DNA of 64,000 nucleotides from Octopus sinensis (taxonomy: Eukaryota). The notes under the pieces were generated by a model that was given only the letters and a program-made list of their open reading frames with translations, was not told the origin of the DNA and searched no databases. Shown piece after piece: positions 24,874-35,882 of the stretch. The stretch spans positions 28,210,001 to 28,274,000 of the forward strand of contig NC_043012.1 of the NCBI RefSeq assembly GCF_006345805.1, written 5' to 3'. A program made the translations under genes and the position numbers. How positions within the stretch are numbered: position 1 is the stretch's first letter; every line of letters begins with the position of its first letter.

Positions 24874-25027
24874 CAAAGAGCTTCTTTCAGTTTCCGTCTA
24901 CCAAATCCACTCACCAGGCTTTGGTCGGCTCGACGCTATAGTAGAAGACACTTGCCCAAGGTGCCACGCAATGGTACTGAACCCAGAACCATGTGGTTGG
25001 TAAGCAAGCTATTTACCACACAGCTGA
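24638..25027 (-). mobile_element. Octopus tRNA-derived SINE (OK/OR type), near full length
   Basis: tRNA-like head with A/B-box-like segments (tggtaa... / gggttcagtacc), central microsatellite, 3' tail gcatggccgcagtcaaatgactgaaacaag. Confidence 0.85.
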
Positions 25028-25061
25028 ATCGTTAGATAAATCTTTCTACCTGATTAGTTAG

Positions 25062-26299
25062 TTAGTTAGTTAGTTAGTTAATTTGGCTCAAAAGCAAATA
25101 GCAAGGCCATGTAGGGGGACATGGAGTTAAGTACAGGGTGGTGTTCATGTAAAGAGTTCAGGCCACTTGAGGTCAAGGGAGGCTTTGAACAAAGCGGTCG
25201 TCGGCATCTTCACCATCTCGTCTGGCAGCTTGTTCCACGGATCCGCAACCCGGACGGAGAAAGCTCCTCTCCTTCGATTGAGATGAAATCGTCGCAGGTA
25301 GAGCTTTTCGGAATGACCCCGCAGCCGACGCTCTGGAGCAGGAGTGAAGAACAGCTCTTTCGAGAGGTTACACTTTCCGCTTATGATGTTGTGGGCGAGA
25401 ATGAGATCACCACGGCGGCGGCGTTTTTCAAGAGAATAAAGGTCGAGCGTCCTCAGCCTTTCTTCATAGGACAAATTTTTGAGACCATGAGCCATGCGGG
25501 TAGCCAGCTTCTGGACTCTTTCGAGATGCTGTATGTCTTTGAGGAGATAAGGAGAAGAGGCTTGAATCCCGTACTCCAATATGGGTCTCACCAGCGTGAC
25601 ATAGAGTGGTAGGAATATGGCTGCTGTGAGCATTCCGAATGACCGTCGAATCAAGAACAGAATTCCGCGTGCTTTGTTGGCAGCATGGACGCACTGGGCC
25701 GAAGGCGAAAAGGAGGAATCCACCAAGATACCCAGGTCCTTTACCTGATCGGTCCTCTCCAGCAGCAGACGACCCGGCTCGAGATCAAGTTGAGTTGCAG
25801 GAGGAGAGCCAACAGGCAGATGACAGCACTTTGACACGTTCAGACACAGGTCCCATTCGTTAAACCACTTCCAAATTTGGTGGAGGCATCGACGAAGATC
25901 CTTTATATCACCGCGAGGAGCGACCAGTTTGATATCGTCGACAAATAGAAGGGTGTGTTGCGTGAGGTCGTCGGGCAAGTCATTTATGAAGACTAAGAAC
26001 AATAAGGGCCCAAGCACTGAACCTTGAGGCACGCCACTGCTCGCACTGGAGACGTCGGACCGCGAACCATTAACTTGGACTTGGAAGGAGCGATCTGAGA
26101 GGAAGGCACCAACCCAACGTACAATATCCGGATGGAAACTATATGCTTGAAGCTTGACAAGTAATAGGCGGTGGTTTACCGAGTCAAAAGCTTTGGCAAA
26201 GTCCAATAAAACGATGTCAACAGCATCACTATCATCGAGGATGCGCGTCACTAATTCTTCCATTACCAGTAAGTTGGTCAAGCATGATCTCTTCGGCAC
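25062..26299 (-). mobile_element. 5'-truncated CR1-group LINE with open 384-aa RT C-terminus and (TAAC)n tail
   Basis: LDFAKAFDSV, GVPQGSVLGP, FVDD. Tail (AGTT)n at 25062-25082 on +. High-identity paralog at 57640-58895. Confidence 0.92.
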
Positions 26300-26694
26300 G
26301 AAGCCATTATTTTATTTCTTTATTATTTTATAATTAGCCTTCATTTATTTATAAAATTAATCTAATTTTTGTACCTCTATAATTTCATACTTAGCTTATA
26401 TAAATTATACTGGTATATTCACTACTTATAAAAACTGCTTAGATTGTAATTTTATTAATATATAATTAGCATGTTTTTCTACCTCAATACTCCTTTTTTA
26501 ATACCAGTTTATACCAATTAATCAATATTCACAGATACCAGATATTTACTGGAAAATAGCGAACGTAATAAATACGACGCTAATGTATAGCTTCACCGCG
26601 TATGTACTAGCAAAAATGCGTGTGTGCAACAAACTTGAAAAAAATTGTCTTACCTCCAGGGAGAACATCTGAAAGATGAAATACTAGATAGGGA

Positions 26695-26769
26695 TAATGT
26701 GGGACCGGTTTCAGATTTTTCAAGATACGTCTGCACACATATACTTGATTTATCTTCATCAGCCAACAT
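26695..26769 (-). ncRNA. Type I hammerhead ribozyme (left-arm mirror copy)
   Basis: Reverse complement of 27022-27094, with an intact core. Confidence 0.8.
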
Positions 26770-27021
26770 ATACCCGACAACATTTCAGAAGTTGCCACAT
26801 CAATGCCAATATACTCGACTGAAACACCAAAACGCTGACAGAACGAGAACTTCTATGTATAATTTTCCCTCACGGGCTATTCTTTACTGGAAAGCAATAC
26901 TCTCGTATTGCATTACTATTTTTATTGAAACTTCTTCACCGTTCTCGTTCTGTCAGCGTTTTGGCGTTTCAGTCGAGTGTATTGGCATTGATGTGGCAAC
27001 ATCTGAAATGTTGTCGGGTAT

Positions 27022-27094
27022 ATGTTGGCTGATGAAGATAAATCAAGTATATGTGTGCAGACATAACTTGAAAAATCTGAAACCGGTCCCACAT
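27022..27094 (+). ncRNA. Type I hammerhead ribozyme
   Basis: Helix I AUG(U)UGG/CCACAU; CUGAUGA 27029-27035; helix II AGAU..UCAAG/CUUGA..AUCU; GAAA 27079-27082; palindromic helix III ACCGGU; predicted cleavage after GUC at 27088. Confidence 0.82.
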
Positions 27095-27517
27095 TATCCC
27101 TATCTAGGTATTTCATCTTTCAGATGTTCTCCCTGGAGGTAAGACAATTTTTTTCAAGTTTGTTGCACACACGCATTTTTGCTAGTACATACGCGGTGAA
27201 GCTATACATTAGCGTCGTATTTATTATGTTCGCTATTTTCCAGTAAATATCGGTACATATATACATATATACAAGATAAGAAAATGGAGAAATACATCTA
27301 AATCAAATATCAATTACCAGATAATACTCAATCACATACTTTATTAAACCACCACATAAGAGACTCTAGGGTTAGATATAAAAAGCAGAACAAATCAGTG
27401 TACATAAAGGAATGTACATAAAAAAGTGTACATAAAAAAGTAATGTTGTATAATAAGTAGAATATATATAAAAGAGAATATAAATATAAGTAAATATAAA
27501 TATAAGTATAGATTACT

Positions 27518-27642
27518 TCTTACAGCTGTTTCGGCCATGTAGATAAGTATGTCTCATTTTACCAATATTAGCCCTTTATGGTAGGTCAATATATAGATAT
27601 AAATGAGACATTTACAAAAATATCATAAGGCCTCTTCGGAGA
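27518..27642 (-). ncRNA. Hammerhead motif with long helix II (U4C core variant)
   Basis: Minus strand: UCU-CCGAAGA-GGCC...GGCC-GAAAC-AGCUG-UA-AGA. Confidence 0.6.
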
Positions 27643-27858
27643 TTATGTAATATAAATCGTTCTACATATATACCCACATGGGTGTGGGTGCATACTCATA
27701 ATACAACATATACATATACATATGAGTGCATATACTCATCCCATGGAGGGTTGCATTTACAACCCCTATCTCAATTTGTATATATATATATATATATATA
27801 ACATTATTGGTGAATTGAAGAAATGGAGCTGAACGCAGATTGAACAGAAATCGTTTTA

Positions 27859-27946
27859 TTTCATTCTACACGTGTTTCGAAAGGCACAAATTACCAAAAT
27901 CCGATTGAATAATGGGACCATATTGTGTCTTTCTCTTCAGGAAGAA
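27859..27946 (-). ncRNA. Type I hammerhead ribozyme (left-arm mirror copy)
   Basis: Reverse complement of 29536-29622. Confidence 0.78.
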
Positions 27947-28456
27947 AAAAGGAAATCCGTTGGAAAAACAAAAACAGAACAGAGGCGGAGCAAAAAACAA
28001 ATCGAACTGTGCTCCTAAGAGCCCATGGCGAAACTGTTTATCAGTGTATGTTGAGAACCGGTGGCTGAAGAATTCAACGGGTCAGGCATCGGTCAATCAT
28101 GTGGGTGAGGGTGTATAGATGTTCTTTGTGACCGAGAATAAAGATCTGACTATTTAAAGAATATTGGATGTTTTATAAGTGGCGAGAAAAAATCTACTTA
28201 GAGACGTGTGTGTGTGTATACTGTTCTATATATGTGTGTGTTGGCGTAGGGGTAGAAAACATTTTTTGTGTACGTGTGTGCGTTTGATCGTTCGGCTGTC
28301 AGTGGCTACTGCCGTGATAACCGTTGGGTGGCAGAAAGAAAAAAATAAAAAAATTATATATATATATTATGTTTTATGTGTGTGTGTGTTCATCTAAGCC
28401 TACCTTGTCAAGGAAACCCCCCGCTGTGAAAAAACCAAGCCCCGTTTGTCTTACAG

Positions 28457-28929
28457 TAAGCGGCTGCAGGTCTCGGAACGAATATAGTGACAGGAACGCA
28501 GTTCTAATTTCAGAAACCAATCCTAGCAGATTAAGATTCACGTCGGCGAACTCCAAGATCAAAAACGCCGTCTACCAATGCAAGGTTTACACGGACTCAG
28601 ATGCCTTCACTTATGTAGGGGCATCATCCTCAAGATTGTCTTTGCGTGTCTCCAACCATTACGCAACTTTTCGGGACGTGAACAAGCGCCAGACCACGGG
28701 ACTCAGTAAGCTAATATGGCGACTGAAGGATGCGAACTTAAGCTATAGGCTGGAATGGTCAATTTTGTCGGTGGCCCTCCCATTTGATAGGGGCAGAAGA
28801 CAGTGCAACCTTTGTGTCTCCGAACTCTTCCATATTTTGTTTGCCAGAGGCCGGATGGTAAACGGGCTCTTACAGTCGGCTTTTCGATGCCCCCATTGGC
28901 GGCGTTACACTTATCTGGCCTTTAAATAG
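28457..28929 (+). CDS. PLE GIY-YIG endonuclease domain (open frame, no own start codon)
   Basis: AVYQCKV..TYVG..LRVSNH..LSKLIWRLK..WSIL..CNLCVSE..MVN..CPH. The conserved Y, Y-G, R, H, E and N are all present. Confidence 0.85.
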
Positions 28930-29535
28930 CGTTTATAAATAATACCGGCACCCATAGCCCTTGGTAACAAATTCTGAAATAGCCTTTAAGATATCTACGA
29001 TTGACCACTGCAAGGGGAATTACTCCTGTAAGACAAACGGGGCTTGGTTTTTTCACAGCGGGGGGTTTCCTTGACAAGGTAGGCTTAGATGAACACACAC
29101 ACACATAAAACATAATATATATATATAATTTTTTTCTTTTTTTCTTTCTGCCACCCAACGGTTATCACGGCAGTAGCCACTGACAGCCGAACGATCAAAC
29201 GCACACACGTACACAAAAAATGTTTTCTACCCCTACGCCAACACACACATATATAGAACAGTATACACACACACACGTCTCTAAGTAGATTTTTTCTCGC
29301 CACTTATAAAACATCCAATATTCTTTAAATAGTCAGATCTTTATTCTCGGTCACAAAGAACATCTATACACCCTCACCCACATGATTGACCGATGCCTGA
29401 CCCGTTGAATTCTTCAGCCACCGGTTCTCAACATACACTGATAAACAGTTTCGCCATGGGCTCTTAGGAGCACAGTTCGATTTGTTTTTTGCTCCGCCTC
29501 TGTTCTGTTTTTGTTTTTCCAACGGATTTCCTTTT

Positions 29536-29622
29536 TTCTTCCTGAAGAGAAAGACACAATATGGTCCCATTATTCAATCGGATTTTGGTAATTTGTGCCT
29601 TTCGAAACACGTGTAGAATGAA
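29536..29622 (+). ncRNA. Type I hammerhead ribozyme in the sense PLE terminal repeat
   Basis: UUC-CUGAAGA (29542-29548); helix II GAAAG.CACAA/UUGUG.CUUUC; GAAA 29604-29607; perfect palindrome ACACGUGU; predicted cleavage after GUA at 29615; helix I UUC/GAA. Confidence 0.8.
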
Positions 29623-29869
29623 ATAAAACGATTTCTGTTCAATCTGCGTTCAGCTCCATTTCTTCAATTCACCAATAATGTTTTAATTTCAATTATCCGC
29701 ACCAACGCACGGTTGCAACGCCAGATGGTTGTACCTCCAACCGTGCTGTTTACTGCTGTGATTTTTGCTACTAAGGTATCGGTTAAACTGTTGATTAATC
29801 TACTACAAGATTATTCATCTTTCTATTTCACATAATATATATATATATATATATATATACATACATACA

Positions 29870-29902
<33 letters not shown>

Positions 29903-29989
29903 GTATGTATGCATATATAGATAGATAGATAAGAGACAGATATTCTCTCGGTATGGAATACACTTCGTATTGCTCAAGTGATTTAAACT

Positions 29990-31565
29990 AGAGTAAGTAC
30001 AGGAGTAAATGTAAGATTAAGCAAGTTAGGGAAGCCAATATACAAAAAATATTAAATACATTTAGTACAAAAAATGTACACATGTTTACACATAAAATGT
30101 TCTGACTTATACAGAATAGAAATGATACCAGGAGTTAAAGGGGTTGAATAAGGGTTTTACGAGTCCAACAGCTGTTTCCTGGGTCCAACAGCTGTTTCCT
30201 GGGTCCAACAGCTGTTTCCTGGTGATTCAAAATAATGTTTGTTAATTGATTCCATCATTGGATAATATCAGCCTCCGTCTTCAGGAAGAATTTTACATTT
30301 GTGGTGTTAACAGAAAGGAGATTAAAGATGGGGGTGTTATGGTATGGAGAGGGGTATGAAATTGAATAAGAGTATGTGAATAGGGAGGGGCTAGAGAGAG
30401 ATTCGTTAGTTTTCAAAGGAGTGGGGTAGTGCGAAGTACTTTTTGAAAGTGGGGAGGGTGGGGAGTCTAAGAGGGAAGTGGAAAGTAGTGGAATTGAAGA
30501 ATTTGGAAGAAATTGGAAATGTGTGCATGGGAAAGAATAAGAGTGGGGTAGTATTTTTTAAGTAGTAGGTTTCTAGGTTGACTTTGTCTAAGTTTAAGGG
30601 TATTTCGGGTATGGATACTTATTAAGGGATTACATAGATTTAGCAAAGTGCATGAAGGATGAGTAAACCTGTGTTTACAAGAATGAATTACATCACAGGG
30701 TCTATTAAGAAATGAAGAGTTATGAAGGCGAAGAATGGTCAAGTATTCTTTTAGACATAACTTACACTTGCCGATGTTTGCATTGTATGGGGGAGCATCG
30801 CTTAGTATAGAGCAGGATAGGGTGTATGGAATATTTTGAGATTTAAGGTTGTGTATATACGTTGCTAAGGAGATTGATAATTTAGAATTTGGATTGGAGA
30901 AAAAGTTCATGTGTGCACGGTAACGGCACCTGAAATCTAAGATGCTATTGATACATACCCTTGCTTGGTGGGGAGCGTGGTGTTACAACACGGCACTTGT
31001 AGACTACATTTTTACATAAACAGGAGGGTATATTTATATTTAAAGAGGGTATAGTTGAGAAACCCGACAATTGCAAGTTCTCCTACCTGCTCCCTGGTTG
31101 AAGTTTACTACTAGTGAGGTTGAGCTCCGTTGGTTCATTGTTAGTGGGGAAAACCTGAAGTGAAATCTGTATTTGTACTGGATTGGGAGGTGATATTGCA
31201 GCTAGTATTTGTTGTGGCGTAGGTAGGATTGTGGGATGATGGTTTGAGTCTGGTATTATTTAATTGAGTGGGGTTACGAAGGGTTGCGTTATTGCTACTA
31301 TGTGGGTTAATTTGAGGTGTAATATGAGAGTTTAGGTGTTCCGAGGACTGGTGTTGGAGTTTGCGTTTGTTCGAGGAGGCGATTATGAATCCCAAATTAG
31401 GTGTTCTGGAGTAAGAGATTTTCGCAGAGGATTTGTTAAAGATGGGTTAATATTTATGCCGTTGTGGAAAATTAGATTTTACGATTTTAAAGAAGAGTTT
31501 AGGTAGAGATTTAACTTGGAGAGAGAAAAGTGGTACGAACCATAAAATTTCCCACTTCCTGACCT
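29990..31565 (-). mobile_element. Degenerate 5'-truncated Penelope-like element (linker + GIY-YIG + terminal repeat)
   Basis: RKWEILWFVPLFS..KISYSRTPN, CNCR..NVVYKC, LATYIHNLK..CKLCLKE..LN..CKH. Hammerhead in the downstream repeat. Confidence 0.85.
30203..30290 (-). ncRNA. Hammerhead motif with weakened helix II
   Basis: Minus strand: UUC-CUGAAGA-C...CAG-GAAAC-AGCUG-UU-GGA. The 3' half is triplicated as a 20-bp unit (30163-30222). Confidence 0.55.
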
Positions 31566-31624
31566 TAGATTGTTTAGAGTGTGTGGTTGTAGTGGGTTGA
31601 TCAGGAAGGCGGGGGAGGCCAAAA

Positions 31625-32085
31625 ATGAGAATTGCAAAATCCTGTTGGATGCTATGATTCAGTGCGATCACCCAACTGGACATCGGAAACCGGACATTGT
31701 TGTGGCGAATAAAAAAGAAAGAACATGTATGATAATCGACAACAGCATGCCCCGGTGACAACAGGATCAATGTGAAAGAAGAAAAAAATAAACAACTACG
31801 ATGATTTGAAGTGGGAAATACGAAGGTTGTGGTCAATGAAGAGAGTAGACTTGATACCAATAGTAATCGGAAGTATTAGAACTCAGCTACCAACATAGCT
31901 GAAAAAGATCGGTGCAAGTGTGAAGGTAGAACACCAACAAAAATCAGCATTGCTTGGAACTGCAAGAATCCTTCGCAGACTTCTTGAAGCATGACTAGAA
32001 AACAAGTGTAACCTTCGTCTTCTGGCTGTGGACAGCTGTTACTTTCTATCATGCTTAGCAAAATAAGCTGTGAGTTTTCATATAA
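31625..32085 (+). mobile_element. 3' end of an R4/Dong-like RLE non-LTR retrotransposon with (AAT)n tail
   Basis: KPDIVV..MIID restriction-like endonuclease motif, DLKWEIRRLW, SALLGTARILRRLL, followed by (AAT)n at 32083-32170. Confidence 0.8.
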
Positions 32086-32169
32086 TAATAATAATAATAA
32101 TAATAAAAATAACAATAATAATAATAATCATCATCATCATCATAATAATAATAATAATAATAATAATAA

Positions 32170-33170
32170 GGAAAGGATCAGCAGAGAATGCAATCGAAGA
32201 GTGAGAGCAATACTCAAGACAGAGCTGAATGCAAGAAACAGGATCGAAGCGATCAATGCATTAGCCATACCAGTCGTGACTTACAGTTTCAATATCGTTA
32301 ACTGGTCAATTACTGAAATATGTCAGCTCGACAGAAAAATAAGAAAACTGTTGACAATGCATAGAATGCATCACCCTAAGGCAGATACAGAACGACTTTA
32401 TCTGCCAAAAAAAGAGGGAGGCCGTGGTCTTTTGCAACTGGCAGTAACAATGAAGATTGCTATAATTGGCCTAGACACCTACCTGAAAAAGTCTGAGGAT
32501 TGGATGTTAAAACTTGTCTTAAAACATGAAAACAAGAAAGCATCATACTCAGTAACAAAACAGGCAAAGGAATATCTAAGTGAATTCCGAATACAACCAA
32601 TTTCGGAATTAGAGATAGACATACAAGAAACAAGCACAGAAAAAGCTAGGCGCATGAAAACCCGTGCCAAAACTGCGGCCTTAGATATTCTGAATAATAA
32701 ATGGCTAGAAAAACCTCTCAATGGCAAATACCCAAAGAGAGCGAATAATGCAGATATTGACAAAGCCCTGACCCATCAATGGCTAATGGCCTCTGGCTTA
32801 AAATCTGAAACAGAAGGGTTTATCATAGCAGCTCAAGATCAATGCCTACCAACAAGAAACTACCAGGCCAACATATTAAAGAACGGCAGTAGCCCAACAT
32901 GTTGTGTATGCCGACAACAAAATGAAACCATTGATCATGTTGTCTCCAAATGCAGTCTTCTTGCGCCTACAGAGTATCTCAACAGGCATGATAGAGCTGC
33001 ACAATATATTCACTGGGTAATTTGCAAAAACCTGGATTTGCCCCATGAAAAAACTGGTGGGAACACAATCCACCTCCGGTGCTTGAAAATGACCACATCT
33101 CACTCCTCTGGAACTTCACCATTCAAACTGACAGAAAGATAGATGCAAATAGGCCAGACATCATATTGAG
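32170..33170 (+). mobile_element. R4/Dong-like RLE non-LTR fragment (RT thumb, CCHC finger, start of RLE)
   Basis: LYLPKKEGGRGL, CCVCRQQNETIDHVVSKC, DRKIDANRPDII. Starts directly from an (AAT)n tract. Confidence 0.82.
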
Positions 33171-33269
33171 TAATTCACCTCTGGGAACAGGGGCATTTTG
33201 TTCAAAATCCTTAAACAACCCTTATTCAGGGACCCCGAAGAAACTTCTAACTAGACTCCAACTGCAAAG

Positions 33270-33583
33270 CCATGCACTGTTTATCTTGATATGAGATCAC
33301 CTTGTCGCGCACATATGGTTGTGATGCATGTACCTGGTGTTCCCTTATCAGACTGGTAGTCATGATGGATATACTGGGCTTCGTATATTTTAACCCCAGT
33401 GTCACTTTGATGGCATCGAAGCTATCAACAACTGGACGGTTTCACTCCTTAGATATGAAGCAGGTGTAATTGCATGGACAGTAGACAAACTGTGTTTTTA
33501 TTTTGACACCATTACTGGATGTATCATTAATGAGGACATGGAGAAGCTCCACACGCTTCCTTTCATTATTATTATTATTGTTA

Positions 33584-33627
<44 letters not shown>

Positions 33628-33685
33628 GAGTGAGAGAGCGGTGCATGCCATCCGAGTGACACTTTGGTAAAATATACGAAGCCCA

Positions 33686-33686
<1 letters not shown>
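33270..33686. repeat. Two oppositely oriented fragments of an (ATT)n-associated short repeat
   Basis: 33365-33417 is approximately the reverse complement of 33645-33686 (gccatc..agtgacact..taaaatatacgaagccca). Flanked by (ATT)n. Confidence 0.55.
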
Positions 33687-33734
<48 letters not shown>

Positions 33735-34178
33735 TATTATTATTATTATTATTATCATCATCATCACTGATATCACTGATATTATTGTTTCTGTTTTCTT
33801 ACTATTTGCCTATGCAGGGCAGGGGTGGCACCAATTTCCAGCGCTATTCACATGGATAGCTGCATAGAAAATTACACTATTTGTTCTGGCCTTCCTCAGC
33901 GATGTTCTGTCATGCTGAACGACTTTCCCTTTCACTTGTAATCTTCTTCAGTGAACAGGCTCTTCTTCAGTTTTCTAGCGCCGTTGTCAATTACTGCCTT
34001 CATTGTTGTAATTGTTTTATCTATGTGTAGTAGCAGCAGTGGTGGCAGCAGCAGCAACACTAGTAGGGTGGGAGTAGTGATAGTAGTGGTAGTTGGGCCT
34101 CCGATTCCTGTGCTATCAGAATAGCAGTAGTTGTGGTGTTAGCAGCTGCAGCATATTATCATTATTTTAATTTTTATC

Positions 34179-35604
<1,426 letters not shown>

Positions 35605-35882
35605 TACACACACATACAAAGATAAATTGATAGATACAACTGAGTGGGCAAACAAAAATATGAGACACAGCCTAGTGCTTTTTTATGTTGATAAGCCTGG
35701 TACTTATTCTATTAGTTTGTTCTTGTGAAACCAGTAAGTTATGTGGATGTAAATAAATGAACAGCGGTTGTGAAGCAGTGATGAGGGCGAAACACAGAGG
35801 CAAAGACACACACATACACTTACATATATACATACATATATATATACGATTGATTTGTTTCAGTTCCTGCCTACGAAATCCA

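Larger units (their letters stand above)
26541..27251. mobile_element. Fold-back element (310-bp inverted arms, 90-bp loop) with an outward-facing hammerhead in each arm; PLE-derived
   Basis: 26541-26850 vs 26941-27251 differ at about 7 positions by eye. Confidence 0.88.
27800..29835 (+). mobile_element. Very young 5'-truncated Penelope-like element with inverted 657-bp terminal duplication, inserted in (TA)n
   Basis: 27800-28456 and 29026-29682 are reverse complements with one visible substitution. The 569-bp loop carries a GIY-YIG domain. There is a unique ~155-bp 3' extension. Confidence 0.92.

Noticed and set aside
26851-26940. Loop of the fold-back element resembling a LINE C-terminal SFFPRxIxxWNxL motif (NFPSRAILYWKAI)
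   Set aside because: Too short and weak to assign without a search.
30163-30222. CRISPR-like direct repeats
   Set aside because: Head-to-tail 20-bp units without spacers, in a eukaryotic context with no cas genes.
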